Positions 46,801-60,874 of a stretch of DNA of 64,000 nucleotides are shown one piece after another. The notes below the pieces were generated by a model. That model was not told the origin of the DNA, made no database searches, and saw only the letters and a list, made by a program, of their open reading frames with translations. A program made the translations under genes and the position numbers. The DNA is from Azolla caroliniana (taxonomy: Eukaryota; Plantae; Polypodiophyta): positions 28,210,001 to 28,274,000 of the forward strand of contig JBHGNT010000002.1 in assembly GCA_043228905.1 (NCBI GenBank), written 5' to 3'. Position 1 is the first letter of the stretch; every line of letters begins with the position of its first letter.

Positions 46801-49168
46801 ATGAAAACTCTAGTTACAAAGCTCGAATCCTTATCCATTTTGATAAAGAAAATGGGCAATCCTCTATTTGCATTAACATTTAGTGGAGTGATGAATGAAA
46901 TACAAGATAAATTTGAAGGAATGGCGGTAACTATATTTACTTCTACGGAGTGTACTCTTAGGTGTGCCTGTAGTATGTAGGTATAAACTTACTATTAAAC
47001 TCATTAAAGACATTGTATGAAAAAATGTAGGATAATTTCTATGAAGAATTTTTGAACTCTTCACTAACTTAACAAAGCTTACACCTATGTTTATGTTAAA
47101 ATATCAAAAACTCTACGTTGTGATGGCTTTAAAATAAGTACTTCATGAAGATTACATCATATGGATCCAAATCTAATATGTGTGGTTACAAATAAGTGAT
47201 TATAAATATATTATAATATTGATGTGATAGTATGTGAATTGTAGATTTTTTATAGAAACATGTGATTGGCAATTCACTTAGTACTTATTCTTCTCAAAGT
47301 TAAAATATTGTCGTAATTAAATTAATAAAATTACATTTCCTTGCAATCTTAATGGCATGAACCATATCAGATAATGTTTTTTGGTTTTAAGAATTTATTG
47401 CAAATAAAAGTATGTGATTCCACTATTTTTCACGCGCAATTCATTATAATGCATTTCTATTTCTAGGTTCTCAAAATTGATTGTTTGTACAACTTGAACA
47501 TACTAATTATATTGAGAACTAGGGAAACTCATGTCACATTGGGGGTGTAGCAACATATGATTAGCTTTGCTAATCTTACTATGTGTTGTTTTGTGAACTT
47601 TTGTGTCCTTAGGCTGCTAGTTGTGGAGGGAGGGATATTAGATGTGGGCTAAAACAAAGGCTCTTTCATTGAGATTATATACTAAATTGCATTAGAAATT
47701 CTCAAGAATGAGAGTGGCAATATCACTAAGATTGTAATGTGAGTGCGATCAATATAGTTGAGAGAAATGTGATGTTCTCCCACATGTTGTCAGGCAACAA
47801 TCTTCCTTGGCTAGATTATGATGATGAGACACTTGATAACGGTCATAATACATAGCTTGGTTTATGCTAGCAATTGAGTGTTTATGGTACTTCCTAACAT
47901 CATAAGCTCAACATTTTAGGGGAGGGCCATTGGGCAAAAATCATTGTGAAGGGGGGTGGGGATTTGTCAAAATAAAAATTCATAGAGAAGAAAAAGAAAG
48001 AAAAGGGAACCTCTCGAGCTCCCTTCCCTCTCTAAAAGAACCACAACTCAATCCATGCCATGGGTTGCGTCATATCCCATTCATCACTTTCATTCTCCCA
48101 TGGATGCAAACAATTTACCCATCTCTCACACCACACAAATATGTTGGACGTATCACTCCCTAGATTTAGAAATATTTGGTATTCTTGAGCCCTAACCATC
48201 TTCCAATAAAGGCATATATTCACGAGTGGATGTGCCATGTTGTTTGTCATTGAACATCTTGCTACCAGAGTAAACTATCGCATTTATATATAAAGACAAA
48301 AAGGGATGTGAAGGTAAAGGTAGAGCACCAACTCTTACAACAAGTTAAAGTCAATTAAAATAAGATAGAAAGGAACACTTGGATATAAAAGTCTAAACAA
48401 ACAAGATGTTAAAGATAGAACATCTTACAACAACCAACTTAAAGGTCATTAAAAATGAGATGGAAAAGAAAACTTGACTAAAAGTTGAAAAAAACAAGAT
48501 GTTAAGTGGTTAAGCTCCTACAAGACATTTAAAAATAGCTAAGAATGCAATGTGAAAGAACATTGAAGTAAATGATGAAAATAAAATAGTGATAGAAAGT
48601 ATAGCTTGAGAAGGATAAATATTGGTTGAAACAAATTAATGAGATGTATGGGTGTTGAACAACTAAGTAAACCAACATTACGATATTCGTAAATAGTATT
48701 GCACACAACGCACCGATGGTTTTGGGATATATTGTATAAACTACTCCAAAAAGGTACTCTTACACCAATGATTTTGGGATATAGTATGTGCAATATTCCA
48801 CATGTTATTGTGCAGATGATTGCACATATTACACCAACATGTATCGAGCAATATTACACATATTACAACTAAACACCAGGGGGCGATGTAGGTATTGTGC
48901 ACAAGCACATAACCTTGCCCACCATGTTGATCCAAGGTCTTTGACGTTAAGATGAGAAATGAGAATGAAAAACTAGAAGATATGATGCAATGTGAATGGT
49001 GAGGGATGTGACATTGATCGTGGCACTTGTTTTGGCCAGATCACTAGGACGAGGGACAAATTTATGGAGTGACAATATTGTGAGTAATGCGAGTCGACAA
49101 TATTTATGAGGCATGCTCTAGGTAGTATATGGAGTTGACAATATTGCCGTGTTTTTCATATAATGGAG

Positions 49169-49675
49169 TCATTCGAAGAGGTGGAAGGACATGGAACGAG
49201 AGAGGCCCATAATGCCTTTGAACACCAATTTCTTGTTATTGGGTTTCGAGTCATCGACATAGATTTCATGGATGGGTACCCAGAGGCCCAATTCCTTGGC
49301 TTTCACACCTTTGATGTTGGACATGCGTCCTTTCGTGATGTTGGATGTGATGATGGTATCGTAGGAGCACATCCGGTCGGCTTTCGCGAAATGGTGGCGT
49401 TGCCCACCACGTGTGACGGTCCACGAGAACCCAGTTTCTTCGACGAACCCACTCTCGACAATGTCCTTGAGGGGTAGCATGTTCTCCGGGAGGCCCATTT
49501 CTCGGAAAAGCAGCACCGTCCTCTCCATGAACTCGGATTGCCCTTTGAATATCACCGCCTTCTCTCGGAGCTCCGGGAAAGCGAGGGGAGCAGCAGGACT
49601 AGGACTCGGACTAGGACTAGGTGGGGGTGGCAGTGTGGATGTCACTACCGCTTGTTCTTGCATCACAACAGCCAT
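49169..49675 (-). CDS. DUF538 family plant protein, intronless, 168 aa
   Basis: GLPENMLPL..IVESGF..TGF.W...H.F......SY...IT.....G......GVKAKELGLWVPI.EI motifs typical of DUF538. Pro/Ser-rich N-terminus. Confidence 0.88.
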   Translation of the reverse strand: MAVVMQEQAVVTSTLPPPPSPSPSPSPAAPLAFPELREKAVIFKGQSEFMERTVLLFREMGLPENMLPLKDIVESGFVEETGFSWTVTRGGQRHHFAKADRMCSYDTIITSNITKGRMSNIKGVKAKELGLWVPIHEIYVDDSKPNNKKLVFKGIMGLSRSMSFHLFE

Positions 49676-51994
49676 TTTTTTTGCTATGTGATTCTACTTC
49701 TTTTTCCTTTCTTTCTTTCTTTCCTTCCTTTCTCTGTCTTTCAGCTCTATCCCTCTCTTTGATGTTTACATTGTCTCGTCCCATCCTTTTTATGCATGGA
49801 CTTCCTCATCAACCTTCGCTTTCTTGCTTTTATTACTTGCCTGCTTTTCCCCCTTTCCAATCACCTAATGGCTTTATGCCCTTTCTAGTTTACCTAAGGA
49901 GTTATGAATGCAACAAACATATCCCAACATAAACGCTAGTGGGGAATTAGATGAAAGACATTGATTGTTGTGTGCCCTAACTATGCTCGACACCAAATCT
50001 CCATATATCCATAGCGAACATCATTTATAATATAGCTTTGTCATAGGTATGGAGACGTCCAAACTCTAGGTCCTAAAGTGTATGGAGGCACACTTTACCG
50101 TAGGTATGGAGACGGCCAAACTCTAATTGCGTGCATGGATGCACATGCTCCGAGAAAACTGTCTTTATTAGTTGGCCCAATTCCATCTTCATGTGTGAAA
50201 GCATATATTACGAAGTTATGAGGAAATACCAATAACATTGTAGGGAGCTATGTAGGGAGCTAGCTGAAGCTACACTACTTTAACAATTATCTTGGCTTTG
50301 TTTGAAAACTTGAGAAATTTTTCGATAAAGGAAGGCACCGTTTTCGTGACTAATCATGTGACTACGCAATTAATAGGTACTAATACTAAAGTTATAATGA
50401 CAATATAGAGTCATTAATTGGTTGAGTGGCGATGGGGAGTAACAAAGAGAACAATATGGATTTAGTAGAGAAGCTAATCTTGGCCAATACAAGTTAACCT
50501 ACTTGCAAAATATTGGCCAAATACAAAGAGTACTTTACACATCCCTTTGAGGCCCAAGTCAGTTAGGTGGTAACTAATGGGATTAAATAGCATTATATGC
50601 AATGCACAAAATGTGGATACATCCAATAACCATGGATTTACTATTTATCTATCTATCTATCTATCTATTTAATTTCTATCTATAAATGTGTGGCAATTTA
50701 CATTCAAAATTTACCATTCCCCTTGTCCTTGTCCTTATTGAACCTAAGATTGCTTTACAACTTACATACAATCACAAGAAAAGTACCAAAATCTTAGCCA
50801 TCGTGTGTTGTAACTTGGAATCCAACTTGAAATCAAAGAACTCTTGCACATACAAGTTTGCCCAAGGCCCAAAAACGAAATGTGTGGTTCTCAAGAAAAT
50901 GAAAACTTCTCTAGAGTGAGAAATATGCCACATAATGCACATGGTTTTAAGGAGTGAATCCAATTTTGAGTAGGGGTTAAGTATTTGTCTCGTTTCAAAT
51001 TCAAGTGTTCTTTACGAGAAGGGGATAAATCTTTAGTATAATATATCTATGCACCATTAATTAGGATGGGGAGGTTGCTCATTAAATGGAACAATTCAAT
51101 ACATATATGGAGTTTTGCTCTACATAGCCAATTTAGGAACAAGATGTTGAGTTCTAGATTAATGAAATTTAAGAAGAAACGTTTTGGAAGATGGGATACG
51201 TTCATGATCTCTTAATACATTCCACTGGAATGAGCCTCTTTCACAACCCAAACGTATCACAATTTGGAGAAATGTGGAGGCTTGTGGTTCAGATATTATT
51301 GTATTCAAAAAATAATATGTTATAAAGATTTACAAACTTCAGTTAAGATTCATCCCAAGGCGCTATTATCCGTCAAATTTGATTTGGTATAACCATTGAT
51401 TATGACTTGGAGAGTCAAACACAAGAAAATAGAAACTATTCTCAAAAGTAGTTTGATAGTTACTTGTGCCACAAATATTCTATCTAGCGGTAGTAATGCA
51501 TCAAAGAAGTTAGATTTAGTGTCTAACTAATAGGTGGAATCTGAGTAAATAGATGGATTAACTACTTGCAATTTATTTGAAACATAACTTCTTAGCTTTG
51601 AATTTATAAGTCCATGGTAAGGAAATTTTCTGTCATGAAGATTAGGATCTTGTAATCATGAAACTTGAGGGTAACTTTATTACCTTTTTCAATGAAGTCT
51701 AGATATCACACTGTATAGCAATAGTCTACCTTGTCTTCTTACAATATGGTCAACAATAAACAATTGATGGCAACAACAAATATGTAGTATCTATGTCAAG
51801 TAGCTTCACATGCAAAAGTTAGAGCCACATACAGGAATTAAAGGATCAAGGCACAATTAATCTTCTAATTGTACATAATTACCACCCATCTATCACGAAC
51901 ATATATACATATATATTTTTAATTTATATATACACACACACGCACACACATACATAATTAACCATAATGCGTGATATATATAGATAGATATATA

Positions 51995-52029
<35 letters not shown>

Positions 52030-52769
52030 AATGTCTAAGTTGGACCCATGATATGGTCTTACCATTAAGTAATTTATGGATATTTGAGAATTGAAAATTG
52101 GTTGGAATCCTTACCGCAATAGCTTAACCATGCCCAAAAATACATAATACAATCATTACCCAACCATAACATTGTGTTTCATGCCTAACACATGCATGTT
52201 ATGATGCATGAATCCTAAGAAACAATTGAGCACATGCAACACAAAGGTTACAATCATAAAGCCACAGATGCACATCCTTAAGGAATATGTTGATATCTCA
52301 CATGTTTATGTGCACCGGTACACATTAGATCAACATGTGATATGTAATCTCCCTCAATATCAGTTGTTCTGTTGGATAACAAAATCATAATATGAGCTTA
52401 CCATCTTATATAAGCTTTCAATATATTTATACATTCTAAGTTAATAGGAAGCTTAGAATGATTACGGTCAGCCACGTACTTATTCCATTATAATGCGTCA
52501 ACTCTTTGTTAGATTTTTCACAAAACATCATAGTGTAATCGTCCTTCACACTAAATTAATCATGGCAGTCACAAAAAAGGTCATGCATAAAACAAGTTGA
52601 GCCATTTATAGCACGGGACTAGCATGTAATATCTTCTTAGAAAAGCTCCACCTCATGCTCATGTAGAGAAATATTATTTGTCTTTCCCATAGAAGTAGTG
52701 AAGAACTATGATTTACTCCATTAGGACATCAAAAATATTTTGTACTTTTATATTACCCTAGCCATAAAA

Positions 52770-52888
52770 CTATCCCAATGTAACATGAAATGGAACAATT
52801 GAGTTCCTTCTGGGTTTGCACATAACATTCACAACTGTAAATTTTTATAACTGATGGATGGAGTTTTGTTTTTGGAAGAAAAAAAAAA
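52770..52888 (+). mobile_element. Very short 5'-truncated LINE 3' end with A tail
   Basis: Similar to 54970-55074 (tgtaaa.ttttataact.atg.atggagtttt...ggaaaaaaaa). Confidence 0.6.
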
Positions 52889-52915
52889 CTATCGTTATTC
52901 GTGTTGTGAAACATG

Positions 52916-55074
52916 CTTCAATCAACACAGATAGATTGAAAAAGCTAGAAAGCGGTCTAGACGTATTTTGCAAGCAATCCAATGCCATGATCAATTGGCA
53001 CAAATCTTGTGCAATATGGCTCTCTCATGATGCACATCCTGCGTGGCACCCAGATCCCGCTTTCAAGTGGATCAATCAAGGTGAGAGCACCAAATAGTTG
53101 GGTTTCCAAATTGGGTTCAACATACCTCCGGAGACTATGATTACACCAGTTATTCACTCCATACGACAAAAGTTAATACATTGGAGTTCGAAAAAACTCT
53201 CGCTAGCGGGGCACATCATAGAGGCAAACCAAGTATTACTCGCGACAGCATGGTACAGCCTATCATGCTGGACAATCTCCAAGGAAAGTATACTGTACGA
53301 CTGGTACGCAAGGAAGATCATGCAACTCGGGCCAAGGTGGCGTGGCCTATACTCACATCACCTAAGTCGAGAGGAGGATTGGGTCTTATTGATCCCCTCT
53401 CACAATCAAAAGCCCTATTCGCCAAATTTGTGGTGTGAGGACTCCAATTAGGGAATGACTGCTAGAAAATGTTATTGCGGTTACGCTTCACTTACTTTAG
53501 GCCACGAAAAGGGACCAATTGGGCCCCCCAAACTAGATGAATTCTAAACATGGATCTCAAACCTAGTTTCTCCCGCCAACTAGAGGATAGATTTAGTGCA
53601 ACCATGTGGAAAGCGTGGTGTGACATTAGATGAGGACTCAAGTGCGATCAACCCAATTTCGAACCTGTCTGGCTCAGTCAACGTATCCTTTGGAACCCAT
53701 GTATTAGGGATGAATCTAATCAACTAATTGGATCAAGTAAGGGGTTGTCATGGGGTACATGTCGGAAGGTCGAGGAAAAAGTATAGAATGTTGGAGACGG
53801 TTTATGTCATTGCCAATACAAGACCAAGCCAACATCCTCCATGGAATCAGGGGTGAATGGGCTATGAGATCTGAAATCATTAATGCTCTATTGATTAGGG
53901 AAGCAGATCCTCAAAGGACGACAACAGAGAATTGGATAGACTACAAGGAGGAGGGCTCTTTGCTCCCAAGAGGTAGGGACACACCGGACAGGATCGAAGG
54001 CTCTGAACTGCAAGACAACGAGACATCAACACAGCGTAAGGCAATTCGAGTACTAGCATATACTGGGCATAAATGGATTGTAGATCCTAATCCGATCGTA
54101 CAACCAGATTGGCACATATGTACTCATGAAAACACATGGCTACATAAGGTCAGTTGGGACCCTTCGCAATGGACATGTGTGATCCTTACGCGGGGCAAGG
54201 AAGCAAACCTATCCCTTTCTTTCAATTCACAACTAAACGGGGTCGCCATATTATAGCCGTTCAATCTGCCCGAGATCCGGTTGCTGAAAAGGTCTAGAAA
54301 ACATATCATGTTCCTAACACAATTATCACCAAGTTTTGGCAGAAACTTTGGAAACAACAACACGCGAGGTGAATCACCACTTTCCAATGGCTATTAATAC
54401 ATAAGTCACTACCGGTTGGTGCATGGCAATGTGGGAACTTCAGCTCTCCTAATTGTGTAGCGTGTCCAAATGTAGTAGAATCAATACAACACGCTCTATG
54501 GGACTGCCCAGAGTCCCATCGAATATGGCGGGAGGTTGGCTGCTTATTGCAATTATGCCAGGTGCAAGGCTCAATCAAGTGGGGGAATGTATGTTGGCTA
54601 TCATGGTAGGCCCCAGTTGACAGATGTGAGCATCAGGAAGAGGGGATGACTTTGGTTATAAAAGCACAAGAGGTTTTTTTCTCCACCATTGACAATGTCT
54701 ACTCAACTCCTATCAATGCCAAATCTCAAGTTGTGTTGGAATTGGTCAACCCAATAACTCTTTAGATTCTATGGAAACAACGATGTAGACGGGTCTTCTC
54801 CAACCAAACCGTGCAGCCAATAGTGTTAATTCAAGAGATATGGAGTGAAGTGGTAGCCACTCTAAAGAGCCAATATGATGGCCTCAAGGGTGACTCTGAT
54901 GGAGTTGAAAGACAACGACTAGCCTTCATCCAACAATGGTCGTCCTCCCCCTTTACTGAGTCAGTGGGAATCCACATAAGATGGACCTATCGTGTCCCTA
55001 CAGGGATTTGTATATACTAATCTCATTTGTAAAATTTTATAACTAATGAATGGAGTTTTTTTGGAAAAAAAAAA
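52916..55074 (+). mobile_element. 5'-truncated degenerate LINE (C-terminal half of ORF2, poly-A end)
   Basis: INWHKS, YLGFQIG, KLSLAG, AKVAW....PKSRGGLGL, CxxC..ESIQHALWDC, WKQRCRRVF, IWSEVV. Many stops. Confidence 0.85.
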
Positions 55075-56277
55075 CATGAAGCACTTCAAACAAGTGTAAC
55101 AATGAAGTGGAGGATCTAGGTGCAATAAATAGGATCTACAAGGTTACGCATTTGTATGGAGATGAATGAAGTGTCGTACATCAATGAGAATAAACATCAA
55201 TTTTTCTTCCTCTCTCATCACCACTTCTACAACACTCTTTATTACATCATTGTCTCCCCATGTTCTTAACGTATGAGCTTGGAAGAGGTGGAAAATCAAA
55301 AGAGCGAAATCGAGTAGAGAATGCCGTCCATATCAAAATGAAATTGGAAACCAGTAAAATGTTAAGCCCAATATATCCTTTGTCTTAGTTTTTATTTGAA
55401 CAAACACGAGAGAATGCATTATCGAGCCTTATGTACTATACTTTTCAATTTGGAGCATTTATTCAACACCACTTTCAAACTTGTTGGTTTCACCTTGAAA
55501 CGTGCTTACCCTAAGCATCTCCATTTACTAGAGTAGAAGATGAACACTAAAATTCACCAGTTGAGGATTGTTGTAGAAATAAAAATGCTTAGATTTACTA
55601 CCTCCATCAAAAAGTTTTTTATTGTAATGATATGATAACTTTATAGTACTAATCTTTAATTGTAAGAATATCCATAATTTGTATGGTAGACACATTCTAC
55701 ATCTATCAAAACATTGAGGAGTCTCACTTGTGTTTTAAAGTTTGGGAAACCTCGAAATATTATAGCATTACAGTATATATTCCAATTGAATAAGGTAGCC
55801 CTGACACGAACCCCTTTCCTCTTTATGTGCCCTTTAAACAATGTTTAGAACAAGAAATAAAATCAGTTAAAATAAAAGACATGTGAAAACTATTGGGTTA
55901 CATTACTCCTAATTTATCATCTATCATTATTATTTAGGAGTGACCATTTTCTAACATGAACCTTCATTGTTTGGTATATTTCGTATTACTAACATTCACT
56001 TTTACCAATGGTATCAATAAAGCATCATTCCAAGGTCAACATGATCAAGTGTTGTATCACCACTTTAATTGCCCCATTGTATCAAGGGTAGCATTGAATC
56101 TACCCTTTCTAGTCCCATTATTCTCACCATATACCCATGGGCCAAGTTTTATATATTTTGCAATTCGTAACAATAAGTTGATGGGATGACAAATGTTGTT
56201 AATTTATTATTATCAAGTTAATCAAATAATTAGAATGGTGAGTTAAAAGGCATTGATACCATTTTTGGGAAAAAAAA

Positions 56278-56721
56278 CAACGATACCGCTGAATCCACAA
56301 ATGGAGACTGATAAACCCGAAATATGGCAATTGGTAAGCAGTATCACAATTTGGTATATTTGGAAGGCTCGATGTCTAAAGGTATTCCAAAATGTGACGG
56401 AAAGACTTGCCCAAATAAATTATGGGATTTGGACAGAGGTTCTTTAGATAACATAAAAGGTAATACGCAACTAGCAGAGCTCAAATGATTGGAGTTTCAT
56501 GCCATATGGAACAAAGGCATATTTTATAGACAGATTTCTAATAAGGTGGAGTGGTTCTACAGTCTACTCTATACCAATGTATTTATTTAAGTTGATGATT
56601 AGAATTTAGAAAAGGGATTCACTACCAAAAGGTGTTATCTTGTATGTATAGGTATATTATCTTTTATGTATATCCTTAGGGCATTTCTTAATACTAATGT
56701 AGTATCTTTGTTGGGAAAAAA
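56278..56721 (+). mobile_element. Short LINE 3' fragment
   Basis: IWQLVSSITIWYIWKARCLKVF...IWTEV matches the C-terminus of the other LINEs. Ends in ttgttgggaaaaaa. Confidence 0.7.
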
Positions 56722-57627
56722 TGATTAATCCATTAATGGATTAATAAAAACATAACAATATATTCACAAGTTAAAATGTGCATGACTAATTTAGTAGTTA
56801 TTGGATTAATTAAAAATAATTAATGACACTAATTAATTAAAATAGAGAGGACTTACTTTAGACATAATAGAGTTAGTGATGAAATAAGCGGTGAAGTTAG
56901 ATGAAATTAAGTAATTCTTCTCACTAATACTAAATTTAATAAAGTTATTCATCCACTAAAGTGCTCAATTGGAACCAATGGAAGTTTTACCAATAGTTTT
57001 ATTATATTACACTTTTAACTAGTGATATAAGTCATTCTTCCCATAAAAAGCTAGATTATAAAATGGTACTAAGTTACGAAATCTTTTACTAGAGCTTTAA
57101 TATTACAATGATTAGATTAAGTAAGACATGGGAGGGAGGGACTTTTCACCTAGGTTGGTATATCATGCTTTAGCCTTTAACTAGGGAAGTGTAATTCATC
57201 CCTTAAAGTTCCATATTTAAAAATAATTAAAAATTTGGGGAATCTTTTACAAGTGCTTGCGAAACTATGCCAAAGAAAAACATTATTTCAATATTGTTCC
57301 TTAACAGGTGAGAAGTTATTCATTCCATAAAGTGCCACATTAGAATAAATAAAACATCGGGAAAATGTTTCCTTCAATTGATAAATGACGACATAAGTAG
57401 CAAAAAGTCACTCATCCCATAAAGCGCCATACTCAAGGAAGTACAATTTTAGGGAATCCTTTACCTCTTAATATGGGGGACACAATGTCACAATTTGATA
57501 TTTTTCCCTAGGATCAATTAAGACAAGTTGGAAATTTAATTATTTGGTGATTTACAAGATATTTTGTCGAGTTTTAAAGTCTCAAGAGGGGAAATTTTCA
57601 TATTGTCTATTACGATGTGCTTCCCAC

Positions 57628-58085
57628 TAGCATGAGCCCTAGTTCACCTCAAACCGAACCAAACCATTAAGCCATGACTTAACAATTTATCGAGTTCAAT
57701 AAAATTAGATATTTTGGTTTGGTTCTGACACTCAAGTTGGTTTAATGGTTTATCAGTCTTTTTTATTAACTTTTTTATTCGCCAAATAGTTTAATTTATT
57801 TAATATTTAATTAATGTTTTTTTGTTTAATGATTTAATTACTTTAACTTAAATGGTTTCTGAATATAATAGTTTTTTGTTTAATTAATTTGACCTAAATG
57901 GTTTGGTTTGGATTTGCAATAAAATGGTTCGGTTTGGTTTCAACTTTTCCTCGAATACTTTGGTTTCACATTTTCCTTCAACGGTTTGGTTTAAATGGCT
58001 CGGTAGTTCTTAAATTGGATTTGTTTATGTATAAATGATTAGCTTTTGTTTTAAGGCCAATAAAAACAAACTAGGCCCATACCTA
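57628..58085. mobile_element. Degenerate hAT-type MITE upstream of pyruvate kinase
   Basis: Imperfect TIR tagcatgagccctagtt / aactaggcccataccta. Imperfect 8-bp TSD cttcccac/catcccat. Many aaccg/tggtt subterminal motifs. Confidence 0.6.
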
Positions 58086-59128
58086 CATCCCATTAAGATT
58101 TAATCTTTCCTTACCGTAGAGAGAATGTTCACTAGTTTTAGAAGTTCTTTATCAAAACCTAAGAGTAATTATTCGCTAAGATTTAATAGTTGCACCATGT
58201 GGCCTTTCATACATTGACACTTGAAATGTTTTAAAATCTATTTATCTTGGAATTTTGTAGCCTTCACTTTTTGTAATAGTGAGAGGAGAAGATCATTTCT
58301 TATGGTTTGGTGTCAAATTGCTATCTTTGTAAAGTGTATACCCTTATTGTATGAGTCCATATCTTGAAACTTGTGTTATGGTCATGAGCAAAAATACTAC
58401 ATGTAGTTATTGTTGATTGGAGTGTTCGTGCATATTACAAACATGTGTATGTCAACGACCCTCAACCCATTTCACAAAACAAGAAAATTAAATCTATTAA
58501 ATATGTTCATATGTTGTAAACGATTGTACCATTAACAAGGTTGTAAACGATTGTCCTTGTTGCCTTGACAGTCCATTAAGGACTTTAGATGGTCCTGCCA
58601 ACTCTTTGCATGGTCGAATGTTTTATAAATCTACAATAGTAATTGCCACGAAAATTACAAAGCCTTTTAATTGTACCAAGTAAGGTCTTGGGGTTCGATT
58701 TTGAGCTTATTGTTTATAATTTTGGTTTTTAAGTTGTGGATTTGTACCCTAGGAATGTGTGGGTAATCGACACGCTCCCCATGTTCTTTGTCCAAAGACA
58801 TTAAAACGATCAACGTTGGAATCGTGTAGAGCCCATGCCAACGAGGACCAAATAAATACTCATGGTTTTATTTTTATTTTTTGGTTATTGCCACACACCC
58901 CAAAAAACAAAAGCCAAAGACTAGTAAACGAGTCAAAAATACACACAGGCAGGCACACACAAAAAAGAAGCAAAGAGGGATTCAGAAGTAGCAGGGCAAT
59001 TGGGCGGAACAGAGCAAAAAGCAAAAAGCAAAAAGCAAAAGCAATTAATTCCCTCCTCAAAGATTGAACAGGGCAAGAGCAATCTCTCTCTCTCCCTCCC
59101 TCCCTCCCCATCGCTGGTGTGTCTCACC

Positions 59129-59395
59129 ATGGCCTCTACTGTTAACATGGATGTGCTCTTGAACAAGGAACCCGCTGTGCTGTCCGGTACTATCGCAAAG
59201 ACGAAGATCGTGTGCACATTGGGCCCGAAATCCCGAGATGTTCCTGTCATCGAGAGCCTCCTCCGCGCGGGCATGAATGTTGCTCGCTTCAATTTCTCCC
59301 ATGGCACTCATGATTATCATCAAGAGACCCTGGATAACCTCCATATTGCCCAACACAACACCCAGCTCATGTGTGCAGTCATGCTTGACACCAAG
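59129..59395 (+). CDS. PK: Cytosolic pyruvate kinase, exon 1
   Basis: KTKIVCTLGP..ARFNFSHG..MLDTK. GT donor at 59396, phase 0. Confidence 0.95.
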
Positions 59396-59913
59396 GTAAA
59401 AACAATGACATCCCTCAAAAGAAATTTAAAGGAATTTCCTTTCATGTGAGCCTAGATTTTTGTGTTTTGTTTCAACTTAGCACCAATCACAAGAAGCCTT
59501 TGCACATGTTCACACTCTGATTTCTCCGGACATCATGGAATTTGATTCTATCCTATAATGGTCCTTGGATTATGGATTGGACATTATGGATTGAATTCAG
59601 TTCCATTGATCCACAAGACATAATTTGTAGAATTGAATATTTCCAGTCCCCCTATGATCCACAAGACATTATTCGATTCCATCACTATGATTTCGAGGAA
59701 ATTGTGTATTCCATCCAAGACTAGAATTAGGCCCTGCTTGAGCAATGCTACATATACCTCACTTTAGGCCAAGGCAGTTCCAACTTCCAATCATAACCTA
59801 AGTACATATTAGGTGGGAGGCTCACCTAAAACAGCTGATCCTAATGTTGAACTATGTGGGATTAAATTAAAATCTCTAAATTGATGGATTCTTTCAATTT
59901 GATTGTGGAGCAG

Positions 59914-60375
59914 GGCCCCGAAATTCGAACCGGATTCTTGGAGGATGGTAAGCCCATTCAGTTGATCAAAGGGCAAGAGCTAACCATTTCCACAGACTAT
60001 GGCCTCAAGGGGAACTCGAAAATGATAGCGATGAGCTACAAGAAATTGGCTCATGATTTGACACCGGGTAGCACCATCTTGTGTTCCGATGGCACGATCA
60101 CATTGTCGGTGCTATCATGCGATGTCACAACGGAGACAGTGAAGGTGAGGTGTGAGAACACCGCGGTTTTGGGAGAACGGAAGAATGTGAATCTGCCCGG
60201 GGTGGTTGTTGATCTTCCTACTTTGACAGACAAAGATGTGGATGACATTTTGAACTGGGGAGTGCCCAACAATATCGACATTATCGCCCTTTCATTCGTA
60301 AGGAAAGGCTCCGACCTCGTCAGTGTTCGGAAATTGCTCGGACAAAGCGCAAGGAAGATATACCTCATGTCCAAG
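59914..60375 (+). CDS. PK: Cytosolic pyruvate kinase, exon 2
   Basis: CAG acceptor. GPEIRTG..KNVNLPG..LSFVRK..MSK. GT donor at 60376. Confidence 0.95.
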
Positions 60376-60421
60376 GTAACAATGTCCTCTGTTTCTTATA
60401 CCACTAGCTCTATCTTGTGTT

Positions 60422-60725
60422 TAGGAATTGGCAACGGTTCAGTTTCGGCTTAACCGGTTTGTCTTTGTCCAAACCAAACCGGTTAAGCCTAGACCGGTTT
60501 GGGAGTTTCCAAACCTGAACCGAACCGGTTTAGCCAAGCCGATCAAACCTTAACCGACTTGGAAACCAGTTTGGCCCAAATCGGTTCGGTTCGACTCTAG
60601 CCATCCCAAACCCCAAACTGAGCTCAAACTGGTTAAGGAAGCTCAAGCCTACACCGAACCGCCAAACCGTTTAAAACGATTTAATGGTTTGGTGTAGGCT
60701 TGAACTGATCGGTTGCCAATTCCTA
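60422..60725. mobile_element. hAT-type MITE (304 bp) in PK intron 2
   Basis: Perfect 14-bp TIR TAGGAATTGGCAAC. Perfect 8-bp TSD CTTGTGTT (60414-60421 and 60726-60733). AACCG/CGGTT internal motifs. Confidence 0.93.
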
Positions 60726-60874
60726 CTTGTGTTCCAATTTTGCCTAGCGTTCATTCGGATACATTGGAGTGTATTATATGCTAATTGTAGTACTGGGATC
60801 CTGACTAGTAGCAAATCGGGCCAAATATAGTTAGTTCGATCTAATTACCTGAATATATACTCTTCCTTTGGCAG

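Noticed and set aside
46523-49100. Short ORFs and weak local repeats in the AT-rich intergenic region
   Set aside because: No recognisable domains, termini or TSDs.
58640-58720. B-box-like ggttcgatt, possible SINE remnant
   Set aside because: No convincing A box, tail or TSD.
59881-59913. ORF-track extensions of the PK exons (59000, 59881, to 60453)
   Set aside because: Read-through into UTR or introns. Canonical GT-AG boundaries give a continuous 513-aa protein.
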